NCBI GenBank assembly: GCA_943840615.1
Contig: CALSVI010000019.1
Span: 6,362-70,361, forward strand
Reading direction: 5' to 3'
Source of the DNA: an uncultured Luminiphilus sp.
Lineage (GTDB): Bacteria; Pseudomonadota; Gammaproteobacteria; Pseudomonadales; Halieaceae
DNA length: 64,000 nt
Part shown: in pieces, positions 1 to 11,837 of the stretch
Numbering within the stretch: position 1 is the stretch's first letter
Layout of the letters: every line of letters begins with the position of its first letter
Position numbers and translations under genes: made by a program
Notes under the pieces: generated by a model
Seen by the model: only the letters and a program-made list of their open reading frames with translations
Database searches by the model: none
Told to the model about the DNA's origin: nothing

Positions 1-1648
1 GTGATCAGTCGCGGGCCAATTTCAAATCTGGTCCCGGTCGAGAATGCGAGCATGCCAGACCGCACGGTTATCCAGTGGGATAAAGAAGATATCGAGGCGC
101 TGGGGCTACTCAAGGTCGATATCCTCGCGCTTGGCATGCTCTCGGCCATTCGCAAAACACTGGAAATGGTCAACCGGGATCACCCTGATATCCGTTGCAT
201 ACAGGATATTCCGCGGGAAGACGCCGCCACTTACCGAATGCTGCAACGGGCCGACACGCTGGGCGTCTTTCAAATAGAGTCTCGCGCACAAATGTCCATG
301 CTGCCGCGACTGAAACCCGTCTGTTTTTACGATCTGGTGATCGAAATCGCCATTGTGCGACCTGGTCCTATTCAGGGCGATATGGTCCACCCATATCTAC
401 GCCGTAAAGCTGGATTGGAAGCCGTCAGCTACCCCAACAAAGACATCGAGTCGGTCCTGTCGCGCACACTGGGGGTCCCTATTTTTCAAGAGCAGGTTAT
501 CCGTCTGGCCATGGTCGCCGCCGGATTCAGCGGCGGAGAGGCCGATGCATTGAGACGCGCTATCAGTAACTGGGGAAAGAACAGCAAGCTGCTTACCTTT
601 GAGCGCAAACTCAAACAGGGCATGATCAATAAGGGATACACACCGGAGTTTGCTGAGCGCCTGTTCAATCAGATCAAGGGATTTGGTGGCTACGGATTTC
701 CAGAGTCACACTCTGCAAGCTTTGCCTTACTGGCCTATGTATCTTCCTGGCTGAAATGCCATCACCCGGCCGCGTTCTATGTTGGACTGCTCAACAGTCA
801 GCCAATGGGCTTTTATTCGCCTTCACAGTTGATACAGGATGCCCGACGGCACGATATTCTGATCTTGCCCGTTGATGTCAATCACAGCAGCTGGGACCAT
901 CAACTGCTGTCTGCAACAAACCAGCAGCAGCCGCCCATCAGGCTAGGGACTGAGATTAATCAAAGGCCTCAGTGAGACAGCAGGGAAGCGTATTAATGCG
1001 GCACAGCACGAACGTGCTTTCTCTGATGTCGCAGATTTACGACAGCGGGCATCGCTCGATCGCAGTCATCTGGAAGCACTCGCCGCCGCCGATGCACTCA
1101 CCAGTATCAGTGGCCATCGCTACCAGTCCCACTGGCAGACTATGGCGTTAGAAGATCACCGCCCGCTACTCTCGGATGATCCCGGATTGCGTCATCATCA
1201 TGATGACGGGGTCGTCTTACCGGCACCTAGTCTGGCCGAAGAGGTGATTGCAGACTATCAGAGCACAGGTCTGACTTTGCGTGCGCACCCCCTGGCGCTG
1301 CTACGCCAACAGCGACCCTTTGATCAATGCAGACGGCAAACGGAACTCGAGACGCTAGGCAATCACCGCTTCGTGCGAGTAGCAGGGCTAGTGACCTGTC
1401 GCCAACGACCGGGCACCGCATCGGGGGTGGTATTTCTGACGCTTGAGGATGAAACCGGCAATATCAATGTCATCGTCTGGCCCGCCATACAAGAGCGCTA
1501 CCGACAAAGTTTGATGACTGCCCAGCTACTGCTAATCAAAGGAACGGTAGAGTCACGTGAAGGTGTCGTCCACGTGATAGCCGGAACACTCGAGGATTGC
1601 AGCGACCACTTGGCTGCATTGACCGTGCAATCCCGGGACTTTCATTGA
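1..1648 (+). CDS. dnaE2: Error-prone DNA polymerase III alpha subunit DnaE2, C-terminal part; 5' end outside the window, one frameshift near 946
   Basis: ORF 1..975 has [27 protein letters not shown] and [14 protein letters not shown]. Removing one G at ~946-948 restores [12 protein letters not shown] and joins the ORF ending 1648, which has [12 protein letters not shown] and the DnaE2-typical C-terminal SRDFH. Confidence 0.92.
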
Positions 1649-1721
1649 CCGACGCTGATCTGCCTTAACACAGCGGTCTTTCGCAGCAACGTGGGGTGAT
1701 GGAAACACTCGCCAGCGCGCC

Positions 1722-1919
1722 CTAATCGACGTCAGACCGCACCTCAGCTTCTAGCCAGCCTCCGGCGTCCTCCCGCAAACGAAATTCAATCGGCCGACAG
1801 CAAACCTGACAATCCTCTATGTAGTCGACACCCACATCCTCAGGGTTCAGCAACACCTCAACCGACTCACCGCAGTAGGGGCAGTAGATACTGCTTTCCT
1901 GCAACCCCGGGTTAATCAT
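1722..1919 (-). CDS. Small CPXCG-motif cysteine-rich protein
   Basis: 65 aa with CPYCGE and EDCQVCCRP; directly downstream of the monooxygenase on the same strand. Confidence 0.85.
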   Translation of the reverse strand: MINPGLQESSIYCPYCGESVEVLLNPEDVGVDYIEDCQVCCRPIEFRLREDAGGWLEAEVRSDVD

Positions 1920-1925
1920 GCGTCA

Positions 1926-3476
1926 TTAACTGGCCTCTTGAAGCGCAGCAGATTCAGCCACCACCACTGCACGCTCGAGCACCAGTGAATCGTCCTCTAT
2001 CGGATCGTCGCGGAACATCTTTCGGTCTTTTCGATAGTTCTGCGGATTCATCCAAGGCATCTGATCACCCTGCTTCGGGAAGCGATGCATCACACGCTGC
2101 ATGTAACCAGCGGAAAAATCGTCGATCCAAAAACGCTGGCTCATTGACCCGGAGAGCTCCTCGGCGATACGAGGGGTTGCCGTGGTCTTACCGGTCACAC
2201 GCATTTGATTGAGTAGTCTGCAGACCCAGGTAGCAATCAAATCCGCGCGCAGCGTCCAGGACGCATTGACATAGCCGAATGTGTGCACCATGTTGGGAAC
2301 GTTCGAGCACATCATGCCCTTGTAGGTCCACTCATTGGCAAGATCGATGGTCTCACCATCGAGGGTGAACTCGGCCCCCCCCAGAACGACCAACTCGAGC
2401 CCGGTTGCGCAAACAACAATGTCAGCGTCGAGATGCTCACCCGACACCAACTGCACCCCTTGCTCGGTAATCTTTTCGATATGGTCAGTCACCACTGACG
2501 CCTTACCCGACTGAATCGCGCGGAACAAATCGTCGTCGGGTACCAAACACAAGCGCTGATCCCAGGGGTTGTAACGCGGACTGAAATGCTTCTCTACATC
2601 CACCATTTCACCGATTTCGTCGCGGACCTTTTTCAGTAGTGAACGCTTCAAAATGCCCGGAGCCACACGACTGAGCTTATACATCCACTGCTGCCAAATC
2701 GTATTTCGCCATCGAACAAGTCGATATGCGAGCTTGGGTGGCAGGCGCCGGCGGAGCCAATTGGCAAGGCCATCAATAGACGGTCTGGAGACCACGTAGG
2801 TAGGTGACCGCTGGAGCATTGTCACATGTGCCGCCTGCCGAGACATATTAGGGACCAGCGTCATCGCCGTCGCCCCCGAACCGATCACCACCACTTTCTT
2901 TTCAGCATAATCCAGGTTGTCTGGCCAGAACTGGGGGTGAATCCACTCCCCTTTAAACGACCCCTTACCCTCAAAATCGGGCTCGTAACCCTGGTCATAG
3001 CTGTAATAACCCGCGCACATCATCAGAAAACCGCAGCGGTACCGCCGAACACCGTCTGGCGTTTCAACCGTTAGCTGCCATTGGCTGCGCTCACTGCACC
3101 AGTCTGCACCAAGGAGCTTTTGGCTAAAGCGGATACGCTCGCGAAGGCGGTGCTCATCGGCTGTCTCGTTGACATAGCTAAGGATAGAGGGGCCATCGGC
3201 AATGCTTTTTTCCGCTTCCCACGGCTTAAAGTCGTACCCCAACGTGTGCATGTCGCTGTCAGAACGGATCCCGGGATAGCGGAACAGGTCCCAAGTCCCG
3301 CCGATCGCCTCGCGACGCTCAAGTAAGATGAAGTCACGATCTGGGCAGTCGCGCTGAAGGCGAACCGCGGTGCCTATACCCGATAGGCCCGCGCCAATAA
3401 TGATGACATCGAATGCTTCAGCGTCCGCCTGCTGCATGGCAGGAATATCGACAGTTGAGTTCATCGGGCTCTCCAT
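1926..3476 (-). CDS. Flavin-containing Baeyer-Villiger-type monooxygenase (EthA-like)
   Basis: Two GxGxxG/A Rossmann motifs (GAGLSG, GSGATA), GGTWDLFRYPGIRSD, and the FxGxxxHxxxWP fingerprint (FKGEWIHPQFWP). Confidence 0.9.
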   Translation of the reverse strand: MESPMNSTVDIPAMQQADAEAFDVIIIGAGLSGIGTAVRLQRDCPDRDFILLERREAIGGTWDLFRYPGIRSDSDMHTLGYDFKPWEAEKSIADGPSILSYVNETADEHRLRERIRFSQKLLGADWCSERSQWQLTVETPDGVRRYRCGFLMMCAGYYSYDQGYEPDFEGKGSFKGEWIHPQFWPDNLDYAEKKVVVIGSGATAMTLVPNMSRQAAHVTMLQRSPTYVVSRPSIDGLANWLRRRLPPKLAYRLVRWRNTIWQQWMYKLSRVAPGILKRSLLKKVRDEIGEMVDVEKHFSPRYNPWDQRLCLVPDDDLFRAIQSGKASVVTDHIEKITEQGVQLVSGEHLDADIVVCATGLELVVLGGAEFTLDGETIDLANEWTYKGMMCSNVPNMVHTFGYVNASWTLRADLIATWVCRLLNQMRVTGKTTATPRIAEELSGSMSQRFWIDDFSAGYMQRVMHRFPKQGDQMPWMNPQNYRKDRKMFRDDPIEDDSLVLERAVVVAESAALQEAS

Positions 3477-3563
3477 TAACCCCTGAAAAAGCGGTTTAAG
3501 TCCTACCTACCCGACGCACTGTTAGCGCATCCTAGGCGTGCCTCTTCAGGCCATTCGGACCCA

Positions 3564-3577
3564 AACAGACGTCTGTT
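3564..3577. promoter_or_regulatory. Perfect 14-bp palindrome, candidate repressor operator of the monooxygenase
   Basis: AACAGAC-GTCTGTT about 90 bp upstream of the monooxygenase start. Confidence 0.45.
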
Positions 3578-3644
3578 CAAGGGCAAGCTTGGTGTTGGAC
3601 TACTGTACACGGTTTTATGATGACCAGCGTTAGCCACTGAGGCC

Positions 3645-3667
3645 ATAAAGCGGGCATCAGATCCCGC
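3645..3667 (-). terminator. Probable weak intrinsic terminator after argG
   Basis: Minus strand GCGGG-ATCTGATG-CCCGC-TTTAT right after the stop codon. Confidence 0.45.
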
Positions 3668-3668
3668 A

Positions 3669-4889
3669 CTACTGGTGCTCACGCCCTTTGTTAGCCGCAA
3701 TACGTAATCGCAATGCATTCAGCTTAATAAAGCCCTCAGCATCCGCTTGGTCATACGCACCACCATCGGCTTCAAATGTCGCAATATTTTCGTCAAATAG
3801 TGAATCAGACGACTGTCGGCCGGTAACCGTAACATTGCCCTTGTAAAGGGACACTCTGACCTCACCGTTGACCACCGACTGCGTCTGATCAATGGCCGCC
3901 TGCAACATATCGCGTTCGGGGGACCACCAATAGCCGTTATAGATCAGTTTGGCATAACGGGGCATCAACTCATCCTTCAGATGGGCTACCTCGCGATCCA
4001 ACGTGATCGATTCGATCGCTCGATGTGCACGCAGCAAAATACTGCCGCCCGGAGTCTCGTAACAGCCACGAGACTTCATTCCGACGTAACGATTTTCCAC
4101 AATATCGGCGCGCCCAATCCCGTTGGCACCGCCTCGCTCATTCAATGTAGCCAGCACCTGCGCCGGCGTCAGGGGTTGTCCGTCGATCGCCACTACGTCC
4201 CCTTGCTCGAATGTGAGCGTCAATTCCTCGGCTTGGTCGGGAGCGTTTTCCGGGCTCACAGTCCAGCGCCACATATCCTCCTCCGGCGGCAACCAGGGAT
4301 CCTCTAGCACGTCGCCTTCATAGGAAATATGCAAGAGGTTGGCATCCATGGAATACGGTGACTTTTTCTGCGCATTGGCAAAATCTACGGGAATGCTGTG
4401 CTGCTCGCAGTAGGCCATTAATGCCTCCCGCGAGTTGAGATCCCACTCACGCCACGGAGCAATCACCTTTATTCCCGGTTTGAGTGCATAGGCACCCAGT
4501 TCAAAGCGCACCTGATCATTTCCTTTTCCCGTCGCACCGTGAGCGATCGCGTCTGCTCCAGTTTCATTGGCAATTTCAACCAGGCGCTGCGCAATGAGGG
4601 GCCTTGCAATCGAGGTGCCCAGAAGATACTCGCCCTCATAGACCGTATTGGCCCGAAACATCGGAAACACAAAGTCGCGCACAAAAGGTTCGCGAAGATC
4701 CTCGATGTAGATCTCCTTCACCCCAAGCGCCTGAGCCTTGGCATGTGCAGGCTCGACCTCCTCACCCTGGCCAATATCCGCCGTGAAAGTGACCACCTCG
4801 CACTGATAAGTATCCTGCAACCAACGCACGATAACGGAGGTATCCAAACCTCCCGAATATGCCAAAACGACTTTATTTATCGCCGCCAT
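3669..4889 (-). CDS. argG: Argininosuccinate synthase
   Basis: [35 protein letters not shown] motifs. Confidence 0.98.
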   Translation of the reverse strand: MAAINKVVLAYSGGLDTSVIVRWLQDTYQCEVVTFTADIGQGEEVEPAHAKAQALGVKEIYIEDLREPFVRDFVFPMFRANTVYEGEYLLGTSIARPLIAQRLVEIANETGADAIAHGATGKGNDQVRFELGAYALKPGIKVIAPWREWDLNSREALMAYCEQHSIPVDFANAQKKSPYSMDANLLHISYEGDVLEDPWLPPEEDMWRWTVSPENAPDQAEELTLTFEQGDVVAIDGQPLTPAQVLATLNERGGANGIGRADIVENRYVGMKSRGCYETPGGSILLRAHRAIESITLDREVAHLKDELMPRYAKLIYNGYWWSPERDMLQAAIDQTQSVVNGEVRVSLYKGNVTVTGRQSSDSLFDENIATFEADGGAYDQADAEGFIKLNALRLRIAANKGREHQ

Positions 4890-5009
4890 AACTCTGCCTA
4901 CGAAAAACGGGGGGCGTAGTGTACGTCTGCGGTTGGCTCCGCGCCATAGAGGAAGCTGGCATCGACCGACCTCTGCTACACTGCACCCACTTGATAGGTG
5001 CCCGCAAAC

Positions 5010-6050
5010 ATGACCTCGCTGAACCTGACATTACCCGATGATTGGCATATTCACCTGCGAGACGAGGCGGCACTGAGCACAACGGTTCCGGATGTTGCGC
5101 GCTGGGCGGGTCGGGCGATTGTAATGCCGAATCTGACGCCACCCGTGCTGAGCGTGGCCGATGCCCTGAACTATCGGGAGAGAATTCTGGCCCATGTCCC
5201 TGAGGGCAATAGTTTTCAGCCCCTGATGACCCTGTATCTCACTGACCATACAACACAGACCATGGTGTCAGACGCCGCCGCGAGCCCTTTTGTGCACGGC
5301 ATCAAACTCTATCCCGCCGGTGCTACCACTAACTCTGACGCCGGGGTAACCGCGTTGGAAGCACTCTACCCGATCATCGAAGCAATGCAGACTCACGACC
5401 TCCCGCTGCTGATTCACGGCGAAGTCACTGACCCAAGCTGCGACATTTTTGACCGCGAAAAAGCCTTCATTGAGTCGGCACTGATCCCCCTCACGGCACA
5501 ATTTCCCGCTTTGCGCGTCGTCTTTGAACACATCACGACCCTCGATGCGGTCCAGTTCATCGAAGCTGCTGGCAAAAACGTCGCCGCTACGGTCACCGCA
5601 CACCATCTGCTTTACAACCGCAATGACCTCCTGGTGGGCGGCGTCAAACCTCACTTGTTTTGCCTGCCCGTGCTAAAACGAGACCAGCATCAGCTGGCGC
5701 TGCGCAAGGCAGTCACCTCGGGCAACCCCCGTTTCTTTCTCGGCACTGACTCTGCTCCCCATACCCGGGATGATAAGGAATCGAGCTGCGGCTGCGCGGG
5801 CTGCTACACCGCCCACGCGGCACTCGCGCTGTATGCCGAGGTATTTGAAGAAGAAGGGGCGCTAGATCGTCTAGAGGCCTTTGCCAGCTTTCATGGTCCG
5901 GATTTCTACCGCCTGCCGCGTAATGCCACTTCGGTGACGCTCAGCAAGACTCCACAGGCTATCCCGGCTGAATTTCAGCTGGGAACCGATGCTTTGGTTC
6001 CGATTCGCGCTGGAGAAAGCGTGGGCTGGACGGTGACACCGGCGTCCTGA
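5010..6050 (+). CDS. pyrC: Dihydroorotase (homodimeric type)
   Basis: [33 protein letters not shown] at 5010 chosen as likely start. Confidence 0.96.
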   Translation: MTSLNLTLPDDWHIHLRDEAALSTTVPDVARWAGRAIVMPNLTPPVLSVADALNYRERILAHVPEGNSFQPLMTLYLTDHTTQTMVSDAAASPFVHGIKLYPAGATTNSDAGVTALEALYPIIEAMQTHDLPLLIHGEVTDPSCDIFDREKAFIESALIPLTAQFPALRVVFEHITTLDAVQFIEAAGKNVAATVTAHHLLYNRNDLLVGGVKPHLFCLPVLKRDQHQLALRKAVTSGNPRFFLGTDSAPHTRDDKESSCGCAGCYTAHAALALYAEVFEEEGALDRLEAFASFHGPDFYRLPRNATSVTLSKTPQAIPAEFQLGTDALVPIRAGESVGWTVTPAS

Positions 6051-6700
6051 TGACGGCTTCGAACCCGCCATCGATTCGAGACCGTTTCCGCGGCTTTCTC
6101 CCAGTCGTAGTCGACATAGAGACCGGCGGTTTTAACTGTCAGACCGACGCGATCTTAGAGATCGCCGTCACGATGCTGTCAATGACGGATCAGGGCGAGC
6201 TGGTGATCGACGAGACTCATAGTCGCAATGTCGAGCCTTTCGAAGGGGCTAACCTCGATCCGTCGGCTCTCGAGTTCACGGGCATTGATCCCGAAAACCC
6301 CCTTCGCGGAGCCGTTCCCGAAGACATCGCGCTGGGAGAGCTTTTTGGCATTGTCCGCCAGGCAGTGAAAGCTCACCAATGCAACCGTGCCATCCTTGTG
6401 GGCCATAACGCGCATTTTGATGCAGGATTTCTGAACGTGGCCACGGAGCGGCTGAGGCTCAAGCGCAATCCTTTTCACCCGTTTTCGCATTTCGATACCG
6501 CCACGCTGGCCGGCCTTGCCGTGGGACACACTGTGCTGGCGCGCGCCTGCGCACTGGCAGAGATCCCTTTCGATAACAACGAGGCTCACTCGGCACATTA
6601 CGACGCGACGAAAACCGCTGAGCTATTCTGCCTTATCGTGAATCGGTGGCAGTCGCTGGGAGGCTGGACGCCTCCGGCGCCGACTGAGGCCCCCGAATAA
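6050..6700 (+). CDS. rnt: Ribonuclease T
   Basis: [41 protein letters not shown] (DEDDh); overlaps the pyrC stop (TGATG). Confidence 0.96.
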   Translation: MTASNPPSIRDRFRGFLPVVVDIETGGFNCQTDAILEIAVTMLSMTDQGELVIDETHSRNVEPFEGANLDPSALEFTGIDPENPLRGAVPEDIALGELFGIVRQAVKAHQCNRAILVGHNAHFDAGFLNVATERLRLKRNPFHPFSHFDTATLAGLAVGHTVLARACALAEIPFDNNEAHSAHYDATKTAELFCLIVNRWQSLGGWTPPAPTEAPE

Positions 6701-8393
6701 CCCGTCCCGGATATTTCCCAGTGCTCACTCCACTGTGGAACGTCACCTGGCCAGACTTGATCGTGTAGTCATAACCCGAAGCGGTTTGCAGCAAGCGACG
6801 CCCTCCCGCCGGCAAATCAAAAGCGATCGTCGGAAGATGGAGTTGCAGCGACTCGAGATCAATGACGTTGAGGTCCGCCAGTAACCCCGGCGCCAAAACG
6901 CCCCGGTCTTCAAACCCATAAAGCCTCGCCGTGTCATGGCACTGGCGCTTGATCGCTTGCGCTAATGTCATGCGGTTTCCGTCTCGATCCCGAACCCAAT
7001 GCTGCAACATAAACGTTGTGGCCGCTGCATCGCAGATTGTCCCGCAATGGGCACCGCCGTCTGAGAGAGAATTGACACAGTCGTCGGAGTCGAGTGCTCC
7101 TTCGAGAAAGTCCAGATTACCGTTGGCGTAGTTGAGAAGCGGGAAATAAATAAGTCCCGAGCCGTTCTCACGCATCATGAAATCGTATACATATTCTTCC
7201 GGTGCCACCCCCGCCACCTGCGCTCTCTGCTCGATCGTCTGCTCGGCCGTGGGTTCGTAATTAAACCCGGGGAGCATTTCATACTGCATGGAGAAAGCGC
7301 TCTCCATGAGATCTGCAATCAGCTGTAAATCGCTGCCGGTCGGCTCGCCCCGCTCTGCCAGCAGCCTCGCTCGGAATTCGGCGTCCTGCAGGGACTGCCA
7401 CTGCTCCTCCCAGGGCTTGTCGGCAATCGCCTTCCAGCTGGGGCGCTGAGAAAAAGGATGGAAGGTGGCACGCCAGCCGAGGATCAGGCCCGTACCTCGC
7501 ATGGAGATCTGCGCAACAATGTTGCCGCCTTTGGCGTTCTGGTCGCGCATTTCGCCGAGCTGGTCCTTAAAAGGCAAGCTCTTTATCGGAGATTCGAGCG
7601 CGGTAAACGTGACCGGCGCACCTGTCTCCCGGCTTAGATCGCCCATCCACTCGAACTCGTTCCACTCGGGCAGAAGATCACTCGCCATCTCGAACACCCC
7701 GTGCCCTGCCCGCTTTAACGCGCGACCAATACCCAGCAACTCCTCTTTCGTCGCGGTCGTTCCCGGCACCAGTTCACCCTCAATCGACTTGTGGAGGATA
7801 GTGCGCGAGGTGGAGAAACCAACAGCCCCTGCCGCCAGTCCTTCCTCAACGATGGCCGACATCCGCGCAATCTCAGTCTCTGTCGGCTCTTGATTGGCTG
7901 CGCCCCGATCGCCCATTACGTAGGCACGCACGGCGCCGTGCGGGACTTGAGCGGCCACATCAACCGTGCGATCCAATCCTTCAAGTGCATCGAGATACTC
8001 AGGAAAGGACTCCCAGTTCCAGGTCATACCCTCGGTCAGAGCACTGCCGGGAATATCCTCAACGCCCTCCATCAGTCCGACCAACCATTCCCGCCGATCC
8101 GGGGCGGCCGGTGCGAACCCGACACCACAATTACCCATTACGACAGTCGTTACACCATGCCACGATGACGGTGCCATCTCCTGATCCCAGGTGGCCTGAC
8201 CGTCATAATGCGTGTGAATGTCGACGAATCCGGGTATGACTACTCGACCTCGGGCATCAATTTCTTCTGTGGCCGCCTCTGACAGGTCGCCCATGGCAAT
8301 AATGCGATCGCCGACAATGCCGATGTCCATGATCTGCCCTGAAGCACCTGTGCCATCAACGACCAAGCCGCCAGAAATTTTCAAATCAAACAT
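6633..8393 (-). CDS. N-acyl-D-amino-acid deacylase family amidohydrolase
   Basis: [37 protein letters not shown]. Start placed at MFDLK. Confidence 0.88.
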   Translation of the reverse strand: MFDLKISGGLVVDGTGASGQIMDIGIVGDRIIAMGDLSEAATEEIDARGRVVIPGFVDIHTHYDGQATWDQEMAPSSWHGVTTVVMGNCGVGFAPAAPDRREWLVGLMEGVEDIPGSALTEGMTWNWESFPEYLDALEGLDRTVDVAAQVPHGAVRAYVMGDRGAANQEPTETEIARMSAIVEEGLAAGAVGFSTSRTILHKSIEGELVPGTTATKEELLGIGRALKRAGHGVFEMASDLLPEWNEFEWMGDLSRETGAPVTFTALESPIKSLPFKDQLGEMRDQNAKGGNIVAQISMRGTGLILGWRATFHPFSQRPSWKAIADKPWEEQWQSLQDAEFRARLLAERGEPTGSDLQLIADLMESAFSMQYEMLPGFNYEPTAEQTIEQRAQVAGVAPEEYVYDFMMRENGSGLIYFPLLNYANGNLDFLEGALDSDDCVNSLSDGGAHCGTICDAAATTFMLQHWVRDRDGNRMTLAQAIKRQCHDTARLYGFEDRGVLAPGLLADLNVIDLESLQLHLPTIAFDLPAGGRRLLQTASGYDYTIKSGQVTFHSGVSTGKYPGRVIRGPQSAPEASSLPATATDSR

Positions 8394-8450
8394 CTCTATT
8401 TTCTCCTGCCATCTCGGGATCACTCGGCGAACCGCAAGCCGGAAAGTCAG

Positions 8451-9053
8451 TTATTCCCGCGCTTCCCCGCTGAGGTCAACCAATATCTTATCCATTTCTT
8501 CCAGCAACTGCTCGACCGAGGTCAGACCCTGCAGCTGATATTTGATTGCTTCGTCGATGGGGAGCAACTGTGCAAGCTGGGCACTCACACACCATGCATC
8601 GGTCATGTCGCTGTTCAGTTGCAACCGCCGGATCTCGGGATGTCTGAGCAGACCCTCAAGGACCTCGGCCAGGCCGATATAAGCATCAGGCAAAGCAACG
8701 GGTGCAGACGTGTCATGCAGCAGCACTTCGGCTTTCACTAATCCATCCGGTTCGCGCCAAACCGACTGCACATCAAACCGCTGCTGGCCCTCAATCAAGA
8801 TGCCCAACAGTCCATTGGGGAGCTGATCCCAGTCGACAATCCGGGCGTAAGTGCCGTACTCCCCAACATTCGGCGCATCGAGCGTTCCCCCCGATACTTC
8901 CGAACCCTGCTGCAACCACACAACCCCAAAACCCTCGTTCTCACGCATACAGCGCGCGACCAGATCGAGATATCGCTGCTCGAAAATCTGCAATGACAGT
9001 CGACCTGCTGGCAGCAGCACGGATGACAACGGAAACAGTGCGATCTCTGACAT
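8451..9053 (-). CDS. LON peptidase substrate-binding-domain protein (no protease domain)
   Basis: N-terminal LFPL..VLLP..RLSLQIFEQRYLDLV typical of the family. Confidence 0.88.
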   Translation of the reverse strand: MSEIALFPLSSVLLPAGRLSLQIFEQRYLDLVARCMRENEGFGVVWLQQGSEVSGGTLDAPNVGEYGTYARIVDWDQLPNGLLGILIEGQQRFDVQSVWREPDGLVKAEVLLHDTSAPVALPDAYIGLAEVLEGLLRHPEIRRLQLNSDMTDAWCVSAQLAQLLPIDEAIKYQLQGLTSVEQLLEEMDKILVDLSGEARE

Positions 9054-9057
9054 CAGG

Positions 9058-9315
9058 CTACGAAGCCGTATCGCGCTCTAGCGCGCCCAACAGCACAAGC
9101 GCCTCATCGCGACTGCGGCCACAGGTAGACGGCTCTGGTTGAAATTGCTCACAAACGGCGGGGCGTCGCGAGTCATCGAACAGCCCGCACCGCGCATCGG
9201 ATAACAGGTGTGCGCAAACCTTACCGGCCGGTTTGCCGTTGGGCATACCCCAGAAAGGCCGGGTAATAGCCGGTGCAATACAGCAAGCGCCGCAATACGG
9301 ACGGCAATCCATCAA
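9058..9315 (-). CDS. YkgJ-family zinc/iron-chelating cysteine-cluster protein
   Basis: CRPYCGACC, GKPAG.VC.HL, RPAVC. Confidence 0.88.
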   Translation of the reverse strand: MMDCRPYCGACCIAPAITRPFWGMPNGKPAGKVCAHLLSDARCGLFDDSRRPAVCEQFQPEPSTCGRSRDEALVLLGALERDTAS

Positions 9316-11837
9316 CGAGCCTCTGGTCCGAACGGCCTGAAAATCATGATTAACTGCGGGAGCAACAGCAGGGCCCCCGCCACGGCAGTGATCATCGCGA
9401 CCACGGTCAGCACTCCGAAGTAAAGACTCGGGGTAAAGTTGGACAAGGTGAGCATGGCAAAACCCACCACCACGGTGAGCGTGGTGTAGTACATCGCCCT
9501 GCCAATACTACCGTGACTCCGCAGCATCGCAGCGCGGTAATCGTGATCAACCGCAATCTCTGTCCTAAAGCGATGTAGATAATGGATGCAATCATCGACA
9601 CCGATGCCCACGACAATCGCAGCAATCGTGATAGTCATGATGTCCAGAGGAATGCCGGCCAACCCCATCAACCCCAACACCAACCCAGCAGCGAGCACAT
9701 TAGGAGCGAGCGCCAACAAAGCGATGGAGAGTGATCTGAACAATATCCAGAACATCAGACCTATCGCCAGAAAAACCGCGCCAAGTGTCATAATTTGCGA
9801 CTGAAATAAGCTCTGCAGCACATTGTTGTAGAGCACCAGTAGCGATGTGAACTGCAATCGATCGGGCGCTATTCCTGTTTCCTCGAGAATCTGTTCCCGC
9901 AGCTCGCGCAGATAGGCATCGCGCCGCAGCGATTCACTGGTCTCCATGACCCGAACACTCAGTCGCACCTCTTGCTCATCGGGAAAATAAAAGGGTGTCA
10001 CGAGCGCGTCATTCACATCGTCGGGCAGGCTGTTCTCAATAAGGGCCAGCTCTACCCCGCCCAATTGTCCACCATAGAGGTCGTCCATCACCTCGAAAGC
10101 CGTAGAGAGCGATAGCACCTTTCCTGATTCTTGTCGGCTCTCGATGATGCTGTGCACCTGATCGACCAACCGACGCCCCGGTACTGAAAACCAATAGCCT
10201 GTTTTAACGCTGTCTTCGGCACCAAAGCCGAAATCAATGTCGAACGCATCATCAAAAAATCCGTCATCGTCCCAGTCTTCATCCCCGACCACTGCGCTTT
10301 CCTCTGCAGCATCTTGCGCCATCTCTGTCGGTGCCCGAAGAATGACATCGAGCGGGATCGTGCCACCGAGTCTGGCGTCGAGGAGCTCCATCCCCTGATA
10401 GATCTCGGTGTGCTCCTTGAAGTAGTCGATGAATCGATTCTCGACCTCGAGCATACGGATCCCCACAGCAGAGAGCGCCACCAACCCCAGTGTCACGGCA
10501 ATGACGGCGCGCCCATGTTGCTGTACGACTCCCGCAAAGCGCGCAGTGAAGGGCTTGTCGGGCTGACTGCTTGCCGGCAGCGGTCTGTCGGGAATAACCA
10601 CCATCAGAGCGGGCACTACCGTAAATGCGGAGCAAAACCCCAGAACGATGCCGGTTGTCATCATCCAGCCGAAATCGATCACCGGTTGCAAACCCGCCAC
10701 CACCAGTGAGGCGAAAGCGACGATGGTGGTCATAGCGGTATACAGACAAGGTACGAGCATCAATCTTGCCGCACCCGCTGAGAGCAACCGACGCGGCGTC
10801 TCAGGTTCCTGTCTTTGTAATTCGCGATAGCGCACGACGAGGTGAATGGACAGTGACAAGGTCACAATCAATAAAACGGCCACAGAATTTGACGAAATTA
10901 CCGTCATACGCCAATCGGACCCCGCCAACACGCCTAACAGCAGTGTGGCCGTAGCACTGCACGTCACCAGTGGAATGAAAACCCATTTCAAACTCCGAAA
11001 GATAAGCCACAACATCATCGCCATAACCGCGAGAATGGCAGTGCCAAATGTGACCAAATCCGAGCGCACAAAAGTCATCATGTCTGCCGCGATCATGGGC
11101 ACGCCGCCAACAAAAATCTTGGCGTACGGTCGGAAGCGCTCTGCTACGTCACGAACCGCTGCCACCATTCGATCTCGCTCACTACCGATCCTTGCCAACG
11201 CGAGATCGTAGTCCGCCTCCACCTGCTCCAACCGACTCTGACCGGAGGCATTTAATTCGCCTGCGCGCGCGCGGCCTCTCAAACGCTCCCGTTCGTCTAA
11301 TAACGCCTCCGCCTGCTCATCGGCTTGCAAAGCCACTTGAACCGCCGTCAGGTCACCGCTCTCACTGACCAACAGGTTGCGATAAATGGGGCTGGTGGTT
11401 AGCTCAGTGAGCGCTAAGCCCCGATCTACATCAGGATCACGCAGCGTCGCGATACTGTCTGCGCGGGCGAGATCGGTGAGAGACAGAGGCGGACTTTCCA
11501 GCAGCGGCACATCGAGTAGCGTCGTTACACCTGCCACACCCGGCAAACGGGCCAGTTCATCTGCCATCGCGGAAAGCGGCTCTAGCGAGTCTGGCGAAAG
11601 CAGCGGTACGCCTGGCTCCCAGGTCAAAATCAGAAACTCGTCTCCCGCATACTTTTCAGCTGACTCCCGAAAATAGGCCAGATCAGGATCGCCCTGCAGT
11701 AGCAGTGAATCCGAGGAAGCATCCAGCCTTAATTTGGGCAGTTGGATCAGTGCCACACCGATCACCAAGGCGAAACACAGCAGTATCCACAAGGGTTTGC
11801 GCAAAATCAGCGCATAGAATCGCTCTACCATCGTCAC
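9312..11837 (-). CDS. MMPL/RND-family exporter
   Basis: 841 aa, two TM bundles each preceded by a large periplasmic loop; GIGVDDCIH motif. Confidence 0.88.
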   Translation of the reverse strand: MTMVERFYALILRKPLWILLCFALVIGVALIQLPKLRLDASSDSLLLQGDPDLAYFRESAEKYAGDEFLILTWEPGVPLLSPDSLEPLSAMADELARLPGVAGVTTLLDVPLLESPPLSLTDLARADSIATLRDPDVDRGLALTELTTSPIYRNLLVSESGDLTAVQVALQADEQAEALLDERERLRGRARAGELNASGQSRLEQVEADYDLALARIGSERDRMVAAVRDVAERFRPYAKIFVGGVPMIAADMMTFVRSDLVTFGTAILAVMAMMLWLIFRSLKWVFIPLVTCSATATLLLGVLAGSDWRMTVISSNSVAVLLIVTLSLSIHLVVRYRELQRQEPETPRRLLSAGAARLMLVPCLYTAMTTIVAFASLVVAGLQPVIDFGWMMTTGIVLGFCSAFTVVPALMVVIPDRPLPASSQPDKPFTARFAGVVQQHGRAVIAVTLGLVALSAVGIRMLEVENRFIDYFKEHTEIYQGMELLDARLGGTIPLDVILRAPTEMAQDAAEESAVVGDEDWDDDGFFDDAFDIDFGFGAEDSVKTGYWFSVPGRRLVDQVHSIIESRQESGKVLSLSTAFEVMDDLYGGQLGGVELALIENSLPDDVNDALVTPFYFPDEQEVRLSVRVMETSESLRRDAYLRELREQILEETGIAPDRLQFTSLLVLYNNVLQSLFQSQIMTLGAVFLAIGLMFWILFRSLSIALLALAPNVLAAGLVLGLMGLAGIPLDIMTITIAAIVVGIGVDDCIHYLHRFRTEIAVDHDYRAAMLRSHGSIGRAMYYTTLTVVVGFAMLTLSNFTPSLYFGVLTVVAMITAVAGALLLLPQLIMIFRPFGPEAR

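Noticed and set aside
940-975. Programmed frameshift or natural split in dnaE2
   Set aside because: No slippery heptamer or stimulatory structure seen; a single extra G explains it, as with other indels in this assembly.
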